From the NCBI GenBank assembly GCA_963829055.1, contig CAWHHI010000011.1, positions 416,001 to 480,000 of the forward strand: DNA of 64,000 bases. Reading direction: 5' to 3'. The DNA is from an uncultured Gemmatimonadaceae bacterium (GTDB lineage: Bacteria > Gemmatimonadota > Gemmatimonadetes > Gemmatimonadales > Gemmatimonadaceae). The notes beneath the pieces were generated by a model. The model did not search any database. It was not told where the DNA came from and saw only the letters and a program-made list of their open reading frames with translations. This document shows, piece after piece, positions 22,879-34,259 of the stretch (positions are counted from its first letter, which is position 1; every line of letters begins with the position of its first letter). The position numbers were made by a program, and so were the translations under genes.

Positions 22879-23483
22879 CGTGAAAGTGCCTCCATCAGTA
22901 GCTTCCGTGCACGGTGCAACTGCGCCCGCAACGTTCCCTCGGCCGATCCTGTCATGCGCGAGATCTCTTCGTGCCGATAGCCTTCGATGTCGTGGAGCAC
23001 GAACACGGTCCGTGCTCCCAGTGGCAGCGCCGCTATCGCGCGATCGAGGTCCATGCGCGTTTCAATGTCTTCCGGTAACGTGATCCCGGACATCTCTGGA
23101 GCATCTTCTCGTGCTCCGGCGTCGTCATTCCCTGCGTCTTCGGTCGTCCGGTCCTCCGCGAGCACTACCCGGGCTCGTCGGCGCCGGTCGGTGCGTGCCT
23201 CCGTAAGTACCTCGTTCACGGCAATTCGGTGCAGCCAGGACGATAGCTGCGAATCCCCGCGGAACGACCCAAGGCGATCCCACGCCCGCACGAACACGCT
23301 CTGGGTCAGTTCCCGAGCCCGGGCGGCGTCCGCGGTCATGCGTAGGCAGAGCGCGTACACACGACCCACCTCGCGGCGGTAGACGTGCTCGAACGCTGCG
23401 ACATCGCCGGTGCGGGCACGCTCGACCAACTGCGCGTCGTCATCGCGGTCCGGAAAGTCGTTCGCGGGTGGAACCGCGGTCAT
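22875..23483 (-). CDS. ECF RNA polymerase sigma factor
   Basis: Region 2 GDVAAFEHVYRRE...FRGDSQLSSWLHRIAVN; region 4 LPLGARTVFVLHDIEGYRHEEI...GTLRAQLHRARKLL. Confidence 0.92.
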   Translation of the reverse strand: MTAVPPANDFPDRDDDAQLVERARTGDVAAFEHVYRREVGRVYALCLRMTADAARARELTQSVFVRAWDRLGSFRGDSQLSSWLHRIAVNEVLTEARTDRRRRARVVLAEDRTTEDAGNDDAGAREDAPEMSGITLPEDIETRMDLDRAIAALPLGARTVFVLHDIEGYRHEEISRMTGSAEGTLRAQLHRARKLLMEALSR

Positions 23484-23574
23484 TGAGTCAATCGTGTGCT
23501 TCCGGGCGGCGATCGGTGGCATCCCGGTTCATAGGATGCCAGCCAACGGAACAATGCTTGAATCTGTGGCATCC

Positions 23575-23745
23575 AGCTGCCCGCTGCACGCAGCTGCACG
23601 CTGGGCACATCAGCCGACGGCTGCATGCTGCGGCCGCACGCTGCGCGCTGCTGCCAATACCGCCCGGTCACCCACGCGCGCTCGCCGCAGCGACCAGCAC
23701 GAGCGTACCCAGCGACCAGCTCGCAGTTCCCAGCTCCAGCTCGAG
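23575..23745. repeat. GCTGCNC heptamer-based dispersed repeat (shared with 42512-42620), followed by a degenerate copy of the 13532-type repeat
   Basis: GCTGCACGCTGGGCACATCAGCCGACGGCTGCATGCTGCGGCCGCACGCTGCGCGCTGCTGC closely matches the 42512 region; then CAGCGACCAGCACGAGCGTACCCAGCGACCAGC. Confidence 0.65.
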
Positions 23746-23830
23746 TCCCCAGTCCCCGTTCTTCTCCGCTGGCGCCGGCCTGCGAAGTTGCTGAGTTTGA
23801 CGGCCAGACTTCTACCACGATTCCGGATTC

Positions 23831-26322
23831 ATGAACGCTCGGTCGGTCCGCACGTCCGTCCTGCTGCTCTTCGCCATCTTCATGGCTGCCTGTCAGCAGG
23901 CCGCGAACACCAGCGCCGACGCCACGAACGAGCTGGCGAGCCGGCCGCGGCTGCCGACCGGGGCGTATCTCGATCCGGTCGTCCCCGCGTCTGCCGTCGG
24001 GTCGATGCCATTGGCCATGGTGCTCGCGCCGGGCGGCGGACAGATCGTCGTGCTGCTGAACGGGTGGCGGGAGCAGGGGATCCAGATCGTCGATCGGCAG
24101 ACGGGCCAGGTGGCGCAGACGCTTCTCCAGCCCGCGGCGTTTCTCGGGATCACGTTTTCGCCCGACGGGCGGACGCTGTACACCTCCGGCGGGAATCAGG
24201 ACGTCATTTACCGTTACGACTGGGCCGCCGGACGCGCGACGCTCGCCGACAGCATTCCGCTCGCGGTGAAAGAGCCGGATCGCTCCGGGCGATCGTACCC
24301 CGCCGGCATTGCCGTCTCTCGCGACGGGTCCCGGCTGTACGTGGCGGAGAATCTCTTCGACTCCGTCGCGGTGTGGATGTCGCTTCGAAGCGCGTCGTGC
24401 AGCGATTCGCGACCGAGCGCTACCCGTACGGTGTTGCCGTCGCGCCTGACGGACGCGTCTTCGTGTCGGCCTGGGGCGGCAACACCGTCGCACTGTTCCG
24501 GCCTAACGCGGACGGCAACCTGCAGGCCGACGGACAGCTCCGCGTCGCGCGCCACCCCTCCGCGCTCGCGCTGTCGAGCGACGGGTCACGCCTGTTCGTC
24601 GCATCGGGCAGCACCGACCGCATCGCGGTGGTGGACACGCGCGCGAAGCGCGTCATCGCCGAGCTCAGCGACGCACCGCCCGCCGGACCGCGTGAAGGCA
24701 GCACGCCTAACGCGCTGGCGCTCGATGCCACCGGTACCCGACTCTACGTGGCCGAAGCGGACAACAACGCCATCGGCATCTTCGATCTGTCGCCAGCAAC
24801 GTCCGGCGTGGCGACCGCCACCGGCCGCGACAGCCTCGCCGGCCGAGTGCCGGTCGAGTGGTACCCGACGGCGGTAATCGCCGCCGGCGACACGCTGCTC
24901 GTTGCCAACGGAAAGGGCCGCGGCACCGCGCCTAATCGCGACTACCCGCACCCTGGCACTGGCGTACACACCACTCGACCCCAGACGTACACGCTCGGCC
25001 AGCTGAACGGGTCCGTTCTGGCGGCGCCGGTCGCGCGCGCGTCCGGGCCGGATCTCGAGAGCCTAACGCGACGGGTGGAGCGCGCGAACGGCTGGCGCGA
25101 GGTCACGCGCGACGCGACGTACCCGCCATTCGAGCACGTGATCTACATCATCAAGGAGAACCGCACGTACGATCAGGTGTTCGGCGACATGACGCAGGGC
25201 GACGGCGACACGTCGCTCGTGTTCTTCCCGCGCGCGAACTCACCGAACCATCACGCGCTCGCCGATCGCTTCGGACTGTTCGATCGCTTCTTCGTGAACG
25301 CCGAGGTCAGCCCGGACGGGCACAACTGGTCGATGGCCGCGTACGCGACGGATTATCTGGAGAAGACAGTGCCCGTCGAATTATTCCGGGCGCGGGCGGA
25401 CGTACGACTGCGAGGGGACGAACCGCGACCGCGTCCCATCCGACGAGGGCGCCGAGGACGCCTCCGAGCCGGCGAACGGCTACTTGTGGGACCTCGTGCA
25501 GCGAAAGGGACTGACGTTCCGGAACTACGGCGAGTTCGTGATCCCGGAACGGGACGAACCCTAACGCGACGATGCCCTCGGGATACCGCGGCGTCAAGCC
25601 ATTCCTGGCGGCGAACACGAACCGCGATTTCCCGCCGTTCGACATGAACATCACCGACCAGCGTCGAGCGGACATCTGGCTGGCCGAGTTTCAGCAATAC
25701 GTGCAGCGCGGCACCATGCCGTCGCTGATGATCGTGCGTCTGCCTAACGATCACACCGCGGGCGCGCGTGCCGGCGCTCCGACGCCGCACGCCTACATGG
25801 CCGACAACGACCTCGCGCTCGGCCGCGTCGTCGAGGCCGTCTCGAAATCTCCCTTCTGGAAGAACACGCTCATCGTCGTGCTCGAGGATGACGCGCAGAA
25901 CGGGCCGGATCACGTCGATTCGCATCGCTCCGTCCTGCTCACCATCTCCGCGTACTCGCGCGCCGGGACCGTGCATCGGTTCACCAATACCACGGATGTA
26001 CTCGCAACGATCGAGGACGTGCTGGGCCTCGACGCGCTGTCGCAGTTCGATCACTACGGCCGGCCGTTGCGCGAGATCTGGACGACGGAACCCGACCTCA
26101 CGCCCGTACACGGCGCTCGTGCCGTCAGTGTCGCTCGACGCCAGGAATCCGGCGTGGCGGCCGCGACGCGCGCGAGTCTGCGACAGCTGGACTTCGACTT
26201 CGAGGACGTCGCCGAGGAGCGTGCATTCAACCGGGTGCTGTGGCGCGACGATCAAGGGAGAGACGGTCCCCTATCCCGGCATCAACCGAATGTCGGCGCT
26301 CGAATGGAAGCGCGGTTGGTAA
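23831..26322 (+). CDS. YncE/YVTN beta-propeller + phosphoesterase (alkaline phosphatase superfamily) lipoprotein (frameshifted)
   Basis: Lipobox FMAAC; YVTN-like blades; FEHVIYIIKENRTYDQVFGD; EVSPDGHNWS; LPNDHTAG; DNDLALGRVVEAVSKSPFWKNTLIVVLEDDAQNGPDHVDSHRS. Confidence 0.88.
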
Positions 26323-26396
26323 CGCGATTGGCAGCGCTGCTGGTAACGAGCCGACTCCATTGACGCGACGTCGCGTCGTCCCTCGATGACTCCTCG

Positions 26397-27405
26397 ATGA
26401 CCACGAAGCGGTGGGTACTCACCGCGCTCTCGTTCCTGCTCGCCATCGGCGCGTCGGTGTACATCATCCGCTCGAGCTGGTCGGCGGAAGGGGCACGCGT
26501 GGGACTGCCGCTGTGGGGTCACCTGGCATGCCTCACGGCCGCGTCGCTCGAGGTACTGACACGGTCCATCAAGATCCGGCTGAGCGGCGCGCGCTGTCCG
26601 AATTCCACTGACGCTGCGGACGGCATTTCGCGTGTCGTTAGGCGGAGACTTCGCCGGGTCCATCACGCCCTCGCGATCGGGCGGCGAGCCCGCGCGATTC
26701 CTCATTCTTCGCGAAGCCGCGTTGCCGGTAGCGGACGCGCTCGTGATCCTCTTTCTCGAGCTGTCGCTCGAGGTGCTGTCGCTCGCCTCGCTCGCCGTGA
26801 TCGTCTACGCCGTGCTCGGCGGATCGTCGAACGCGGTACGTGGACTGGTCGGGATGGTCGGCGTGTACTCGACGTTGGTGATTGCTGCCGGCGTCGTCGG
26901 CTTGACGGCGTCGCGGCGGTGGGCCGACGGCCCGCCGCCAGCCTGGCTTCATCGCCTGGATGTGAGCGACCATCGCTGGCACAACATGCAGCGCGCGCTT
27001 CACCATCTGCGCGACAACGTGGGGAAGCTGCGCCAGGCGCGGTGGTGGGTGCTCGTGAGCGCGCTGCTCTTCTCGATCATGCACGTCGCGATGCGCCTGT
27101 CGGTGCTGCCCATCGTCGTCTATGCGCTCGGTGTTCGTGCGCCGATTGGCCCGCTGATCCTCTGGCCGCTGGCGATCATGTACGGCGGGAACGCCGCGCC
27201 GGCACCGGCTGGCGGCGGGCTCATCGAGGTCGCGTTCCGCGGCGCGCTCGACGAGTACATCCCCGTGCAGATCTTCGGCGCCGCGCTCCTCTGGTGGCGC
27301 GTGTATACGTTCTACATCCTGCTCATTGCCGGCGCGCTCGTGACGGGCGCGACGGTGATGCGCGCGCTACGGCGCAACGGAGACGCAGCACTGGAGGACG
27401 AGTGA
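26397..27405 (+). CDS. lysylphosphatidylglycerol synthase TM domain / flippase-like membrane protein (frameshift ~26600)
   Basis: Multiple TM helices; ITPSRSGGEPAR and PAPAGGGLIE motifs; LLWWRVYTFY. Confidence 0.8.
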
Positions 27406-27417
27406 TCCGGGTGGCCC

Positions 27418-27744
27418 ATGGCGTTTGATGCGGGGCTCGTGGAACGCGTGGCCGATGTACTTCTGCAGATCGGCGAGCGCGGCGTCAGGCAGAAGAACGT
27501 CTTTGGCGGGCGGGGGTTTCTCGTCGGCAAGTCGACGTTCGTGATCGTCTGGGGCGAGGGCTTGCTGGTGAAGACCACAGCGGCAGAGTACGACGACCTC
27601 CTGGCGCAACCTGGAATCGAGCGGTTCGCGCCGGGCGGCGAGGGGAGCATGGGCACGTGGCTGGTCGTTCCCGCCGATGCCATCGCGGACGATCCGGAGC
27701 TCACGGAGTGGGTTCGTCGCGGCCTCCGCGGGATCAGGCGTTAG
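27418..27744 (+). CDS. TfoX/Sxy N-terminal domain protein
   Basis: MAFDAGLVERV...KNVFGGRGFLV...GTWLVVPADAIADDPELTEWVRRG. Confidence 0.8.
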   Translation: MAFDAGLVERVADVLLQIGERGVRQKNVFGGRGFLVGKSTFVIVWGEGLLVKTTAAEYDDLLAQPGIERFAPGGEGSMGTWLVVPADAIADDPELTEWVRRGLRGIRR

Positions 27745-27771
27745 GCGTTACTCCAATGTCCTCCCGGTGAT

Positions 27772-28222
27772 GAGCGATTGTCATCCCGAGCGCGATTGTC
27801 ATCCCGAGCGCCAGCGAGGGATCTTCCGTGAAATGATTGTGGCCAGGCTGGCTGCAATGAGCTCAGGCAGGTCGCTGACACACGAAGTCCGCTGAGCCGG
27901 CAACAGCAGTAAACGACACCGGTAAACGACAACAGCAAACAACAGAGACAGGATTGCCAGGATTGGCAGGATTGAAGAGACGTCTCGAGGGGTGATCGCG
28001 ATCCGCCCGCCCGGAATCCTGTCAATCCTGCAATCCTGTCTGCTGTTGCTGTTGTCGTTCGTCATCCCGAGGACCGCCGGAGCCTGCCCTGAGGAGCGCA
28101 GCGACGAAGTGAGGGACCTGCTGTGAGGTCATCGTGGCTGCTCTGGCCACGAGTGCTTCACAGAAGATCCCTCGCTGCGCTTCGCTGCGCTCGGGATGAC
28201 AACGCTGCCGCTCGGGATGACC
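27772..28222. repeat. composite REP/MITE-like region: GTCATCCCGAG elements enclosing CAGGATT/AATCCTG inverted tandem repeats
   Basis: GTCATCCCGAG at 27780, 27798 and 28061; CTCGGGATGAC at ~28190 and ~28211; CAGGATTG x3 (27949-27974) versus AATCCTG x3 (28015-28038). Confidence 0.8.
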
Positions 28223-28229
28223 ACACCGT

Positions 28230-29952
28230 CTAGCCGCCCTCGCACGGGCGCCTGACGGCGACGACTGTTCCGGCCTCACCCATGGCCGTCGCGCGATCGA
28301 TCTCTTCGATACTTCCGCGCATCATCGAGCCCGGCGGACCGGACAGGCGCACGCGATCGGTGCGCGTTCCGTAACTCCACTCGAGCTCGACGGCGTCCGG
28401 CCCCGCCGGTCGCCACAAGCCGTTAGGCAGCGTGCCGACGCGCGCGAGATCGCGCGCCCGATACCACACCCCGTCGGCATTCGCTGGCACGATCTCCGAA
28501 TCCAGCGCAATGCGCCGAGGCACCTGCCGAAATCCAGTGCGTGCCTGCGCGGCGGTGGGCGTGATGCCGAGCTCGTAGCACCCAACGGCGTTCGACTGCG
28601 CGGCGGTGATCGGCGCACCAGGAGGCGCGTCCGAGGTGGCTGCGGCCGTGCGCTTCCGAGCCGCCGCCGTCCCCGTCGTCACCACTTCACTCAGCGCGAC
28701 GCTGCTTGGCGTGAGCACGATATCCGCGTTCGTCGACTGCCCCGCCACGACGGTGACGTCGCGACCGACGGTGTCATAGCCAATGCGGCGAACCGTTAGG
28801 CGGCGGGCACCCGGTGCCAGTCCGCCGAGCGTGAATTCGCCAGCGGCGTTCGTGGATACGCCCGTCTCCGTCCCCGCGACGCGCACCATCGCGCCTTCGA
28901 GCCCGGTGTTGTTCGCATCCGTGATGCGACCACGCACGATTCCGGTCGCAGCCGATACGTTCGCGGCGTCCGCACGAACCGAATTGGCGTTGGCACGCTG
29001 GGACCTGGCGATTGCCGAGCCCGCAGCGAGTGGGCTGACAGCTCTTCGCGCCGCGTATCACGATCGCCGACGAATCGCGCCCGCGGCTTTTCGGTCGCGA
29101 GGACCGACGCCGGCGGCGGTGCCTTCTTGAGCTCATCCCTCGCAACGCTGTCTTGCTTCGCGAGCGATTGTCGGCGCAGCTCGGCCGGCGCGACGAATCC
29201 GTCCTTCGCGCGGTCGTCCACCGATGTCTTCGCCGACGGAGGCGGCGGTGCGCCCGGCGCCGACGCCGCGCGTTGCGGAGCTGGAGCACTCTCGCGCTTC
29301 GCGTCGGCGACTTTCTCGCTCGATTCCAGGCGAGCCGCGTCCCGAAGCGTGCGTGTGTCGGCGGGAGCGGATGCGACCCGCGGCTGGCCAGCCGCAGCCC
29401 CCGCGGCACCTAACGACTGCGGCGCCGGCGCGGCCGGCGAAGGCGCCGCCGAGGGCACTACCGCACGGCCTCCGGACGCAACGGCAGACGACGGCACCGC
29501 CGAATCGGCGATCGGGCCGGACGCCGGGGACGACGCCTCGGTTTCGCTCAGAGCGCGCATGTCTGGCCCGCTCGCTCGCATCAACGCGAATGTTCCGACC
29601 GCCATGACCACAACAGCGGCAGCCGCGAGCGACGGACCTCGGAACCACCGCCGCTGCGCGCGCTGCTGTCGCCTGCGATGACGACCGCGGCGCGACGACA
29701 GGGGCTGCCGGCGTCTCGGCTCCGCGCTCCGCATCCGATCGAGGCGTGGACGGTAACGGAACGACGTCGCGCGGGACGCTGTCGAGCGACATGAGAATGC
29801 GCGACGAAGCCGCGATCAGCCCACGCGCCTCCGCCACCGCGTCGGCACACGGCCGGCACGCGGCGACGTGCTCTTCGACGGCCCGCGCCTCGTCTCGGAG
29901 GCAACTGGTCATCGAGCCACGCGTGGATCGTTCCCTCGTCAAGATGCTGCAT
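28230..29952 (-). CDS. zf-HC2 anti-sigma factor with long Ala/Pro linker and carboxypeptidase-regulatory-like domain (frameshifted)
   Basis: MQHLDEGTIHAWLD...HVAACRPC; TM AAAAVVVMAVGTFAL; RGRITDANNTGLEGAMVRV...RRIGY...LSEVVTTG. Confidence 0.78.
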
Positions 29953-30475
29953 GTCCTCCTCCTGCTGCGCCGCGGCGCCCTTCGGCCTGCATTGCCTCGT
30001 ACGCCTCGGCGAGTCTCCGGCGAGCACGCGCGAGCGTCGTTCCAATGGAGCCTGGTGACAATTCCAGTGCCTCCGCGATCTCGTTGTAGTCGAGCCCTTC
30101 CTCGCGCATGAGCAGCGCCAGTCGGTCGCGCTCCGCGAGTGCTTCCACCGCCTTTCGCGCGAGCGCGGCTTCCTGAGCTCGCTCGAGCGATGAGGGCTCG
30201 GGTTCCTCCATCTCTCTCGCGCGTTCCTCATCTGCGAGGATCGCGAGGTGACGGCGACGCCGTTCATCCTTCCGTGCCTCGTCACGCACGAGGTTCGTGG
30301 CAACGGCGAACAGCCACGACCGCTCGCTCGCGAGCGTGTCCTGCCGGAGGGCGCGCAGGAAGGTTTCCTGCGCGACCTCTTCGGCCCAATCGCGGTCGCC
30401 GAGGCGCCGGGTCAGGTACCGCACGAGAGCGGTGTTGTAGGTGCGGAACAGTCGCTCGACGTCTTCGTCCTTCAC
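29939..30475 (-). CDS. ECF RNA polymerase sigma factor
   Basis: AEEVAQETFLRAL...SWLFAVATNLVRD; region 4 LAERDRLALLMREEGLDYNEIAEAL...GTTLARARRRL. Confidence 0.9.
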   Translation of the reverse strand: MKDEDVERLFRTYNTALVRYLTRRLGDRDWAEEVAQETFLRALRQDTLASERSWLFAVATNLVRDEARKDERRRRHLAILADEERAREMEEPEPSSLERAQEAALARKAVEALAERDRLALLMREEGLDYNEIAEALELSPGSIGTTLARARRRLAEAYEAMQAEGRRGAAGGGHAAS

Positions 30476-30535
30476 GGCCTCACCGGTCTTGCCTCTGGCT
30501 ACGTCCGGCGGCGAGCCGGTCCAGCGAGCATGCGC

Positions 30536-32926
30536 TCACCAGGCCGCCTCGGTCGCCGCGACATCTCGCGCGCTGAGCGTTTCGACACCGTCCTCCACGA
30601 ATGCGACCGCAACGGCGCGTCCCGCCACGACGATACCCGCGTTGCTACCCGGACCGACGAGCGAGAGCGGTGCGCGCAGATCCTCGATTCGCTCGAGCAG
30701 CGCGAAGTACGCGGACGAGTACGGCTTCACTCGAACCGTGCGCATGGTGCTGACGTAGCGTGCATCGGTCCAGGTGCCCGCTGCGAGGGTGAACGTCCGT
30801 GTCCCGATACGACGCGTCGTCGCGCCCGCTGCACCGCTGAAATCTGCGCTGGCGGAGTCGACAGCGGACAGGGTGGTCGCGGCGCGCTGCGCGGCCGCCG
30901 TCTTGGCCATGTCGAACCGCTGTTCGCGGGTCAGCTCTGCAGGCGCGGACGCCGGCATCGGACGGGCCTCGTCGCGCGCCGACCCGGTCCCGGCACGCGT
31001 GTCCTTGCGATCGACCGCGACCGCGGTGCCCGTCACGACAACCTCATTGAGACGTGCAGAGGAGGCGTTGCCAAGCTTGCCTGGATGCTTGCATGCCCGG
31101 CTCGAGCACGAGATACGACGACAGCTCGGTCGGTATCCCGTAACGGGTGCCGAGCGTACGCAGCTCGTCGTCGAGCTCGGGCGACGCGCCATTGCGTCGA
31201 CGCTCGGCCGAGAGCCACCCGGCGCGCTGCGCCGCCCACAGGCGGGCGACAAAGCTGTTGCGGCGCTCGCGATCAGGGAAACGCACCTGCTCCGTCCACG
31301 TCACGGGACCATTCGCGGTGCGACCTTCGACGACGATGCGTCCGTTGCCGTCGCCGGAGTAGCGCGCGAACAGGACGAGGTCCTGACCGGCGAAGATGTC
31401 CGTGGGCAGCGACGGGTGCAGCTTCGTCAGGCGAACGCCTTCCGCCCTAACGCGGACGTCGGTGACGATCGGACTCGTTATGCGCGTGGCGACGAGCGAC
31501 ACCGCGCGCTCGACGGACTCGTCGGGCCGTACGAATTGCGCGGTCCCGCGACCGTCGACGGCAAGTTGCTCGACGAGCGCGGCGTTCACATCGGCGCCGA
31601 CGCCGAACGTGAACACGCGCGCGCGGCCTCGCACCCGGCTCGCCAGCGCGGCGATGCGGTCTGCGTTGCGCTCGCCGACGGTCGGCTCGCCATCGGTGAC
31701 GAAGAAGACGATGGGCATGCGTGCTTCGTCGGTGGGCGTGTCGAGTGCTTCCTCGAGCGCGCCCGAGATGTTCGTGGATCCCTCGGGGCGGAGATCATCG
31801 AGGTAGCGGTTCGCCTCGTCGATGTTCCGGCGCGTGGCGGTGGTGAAGCCGTTGCCGAACGTGCGGACGTCGGTCGAGAAGTCGATGATGCGAAAGCGAT
31901 CCTGCGATCCGAGCGATGCGAGCATCTGCCGGCCGGCGGCGCGCGCCTGCTCCATCTTCTGGCCGCGCATGGAGCCGGACACGTCGACGACGAACGTGAG
32001 GTCGCGCGGCGTCGTCCGCGCGGCGATGGCTGGCGGCGTGACCGTGATCAGCGCGAAGCCTTCCTCGCCACTCGGCGCGTACGGCAGCATCGCGACAGAG
32101 GCAGACGACGTTCGGCGAAGTGGCAGCAGGACGGTGACCTGCGGCGCGTCGCCGACGGCGGTCACCTCGCGACGCGAGCCGCGATCGGTGACGCGCAACT
32201 CGTGCGTCGGCGAGTACGGGCGACCGTACTCCTCGCGGTCCGTGTAGACGAGCGTGAACAGGTTGCCCGACTCGTCCTCGCCGCGCTGCTGCTGGCTGGC
32301 GTTAGGCATCACGTCGGAGCGCATACGATCGATCCCGCGGCATTGGCACGGGCAGCGGCATGGGATGCGGGAACGGGATGCGGCATGGGCTGCGCTCGTG
32401 GCCCGGACCCACGCAGGTAGTCGACGCGGACGCGCGCTGCCTTCGCGCTCGGCGACGGACTGGAAGCGAACGATGACGCGCTTCTCCTCGCCGGGTCGGA
32501 TGGGGAAGATGCGTGTGCGCAGCAGGCCACGGCCCATGTACTCGACGAGCGCGGGGTCCTTGCTCCGCCTAACGATATCCTCGTAGACGCGACGTGCCTG
32601 ATCGGCCGCCATGGTCTCGCCGGAGACCATCTCGCCATCGATCTCGAGCTCGAGGGCCTCGAACGCGGCGCCGGCGGGCATGGGGAAGATGTAGTCCGCT
32701 TCGCCGATGAGCGGACCACGATTCCGGAAGGTCTCCGTGATCTGATAGCGGAGTACCCGATCCGCGAGATCGACGCGGACTTGACTGGACGTCCGCTGGA
32801 TGGCGCCCGCGGTTGGCGGAACGCAGCTCCGGTTCTCGGCGCACGGGCGTGGAATGATCGTTCCCTGCCCCTGGAGGGCGATGGGCGCGGATAAGACGCT
32901 ATGGCGAGCAGTGATCGGACACGCAT
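30536..32926 (-). CDS. VIT + VWA domain secreted protein (frameshifted)
   Basis: VIT: ETFRNRGPLIGEADYIFPMP...YEDIVRRSKDPALVEY. VWA MIDAS DVSGSM, GSTNISGAL, FVTDGEPTVG. Later YGIPTELSSYLVLE. Confidence 0.85.
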
Positions 32927-33316
32927 GACAGGGCCTGGGAAGAGGTTCTGTCATGGAGACGTCCGATCTTCGCGGACTTGCACACGTACAGATCATCCCG
33001 CCGGGGTCGGTGGGAACTACGATTGGGCGGATGACACGGAAAACGGCCGGATCACGGCTTTGCATCGACGCTGGCTCGCTCGCCGGACCCTGAACATAAT
33101 GGGAACGGCCGCTCGGGAGACTCCTGCGTCCCGAGCGGCCGTTCCCAATAGGATTCCGGCCCGTGGCGTGAGGAGCCGTCGATGACGCGATTCGTATCCG
33201 GCTCACTTCCGCGTCATCCGCGAAATCGCCGTTCCCACCGGCCGCGCTGGGTCATGCGATCGAGCCGGCCCGCAGTCCGCGATGTGCCACTGACGCGCGA
33301 TCGATCCGAGATCGGG

Positions 33317-34259
33317 CTACGGGTGCTTCTCCATGCTCGCGGGCGTGTTTCTCCGCTCCATCTCCTCCGGGAGGCGCGGCCACTCGCCTGCCCTCGCCAC
33401 CACGCGCACGGAGATGAGCTCCTGATCCGCGCGATCTACGGTCCTCTCGAAGCGTTCCCCAGAGTTGCGCACCGCCCATCCCAACGAGAACGCCACCGGT
33501 GATCCGCGAGCCGCGGCTCGCTGTAATCGGATCGCGATCTGCTCCGTCCGTGCCGCGTTCTCGCCGGTGAGCACGATGAGGAACTCATCGCCCCCCAATC
33601 GGATCACCGGCTCCTCGGCGCGCACCTGACGCATGAGGAAGCGACTCATCTGCACGAGCACCTTGTCGCCTTTCTTGTGACCGTGCAGGTCGTTGTACGC
33701 CTTGAAGTGATCGATGTCGATGTAGATGCAGCCCCACTGCGACACCCGATCTTCCGCCAGACCGTCGCCCAGGGCGAGCAGGTACCGACGGTTGTAGCAG
33801 CCCGTAAGGGCGTCGCGGATGCTCTGCTCGCGAAGCTGGATCTCCAGCTCCTTGCGACGCGTGATGTCGATGAGGATGCCGTGGTAGTACGTCTCGCCCG
33901 TGTCGGGATCGCGGCAGACATACGTCGTATCGAGCACCGTGCGACGCTGGCCGTCGGGGCGCACGATCGCGAGCTCGAAGTCGCGCACCGCGCCGTCGCG
34001 CTCGAGCAGCGCCATCTCCAGCGACCGTCGACTCGGATCGGCGATGAGATCGCCGGCTCGGAGGCGCGAGAGCTCGCTGATCGACGGACACCCCGAACAT
34101 CCGGAGGAACGCCGGATTGGCATCGAGAATGTCGCCTTCAGCGTTCGTGATGTAGATGCCCTCCTCCAGATTCTGGACGATCAGGAGGAGGGTTTCGGGG
34201 TCGTCGAGACTTCGGAAGCGCCGTCCTTCAGTCACCGGATCGCGCTCGGACTCGCTCAC
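33317..34259 (-). CDS. PAS-GGDEF diguanylate cyclase (frameshift ~34080)
   Basis: PAS EGIYITNAEGDILDANPAFLRMFG; DALTGCYNRR; DIDHFKAYNDLHGHKKGD; intact RLGGDEF. Confidence 0.9.

Noticed and set aside
27772..28222. Possible CRISPR array from repeated GTCATCCCGAG units
   Set aside because: Units are inverted and irregularly spaced, have no unique equal-length spacers, and no cas genes are present; fits REP/MITE-like repeats.
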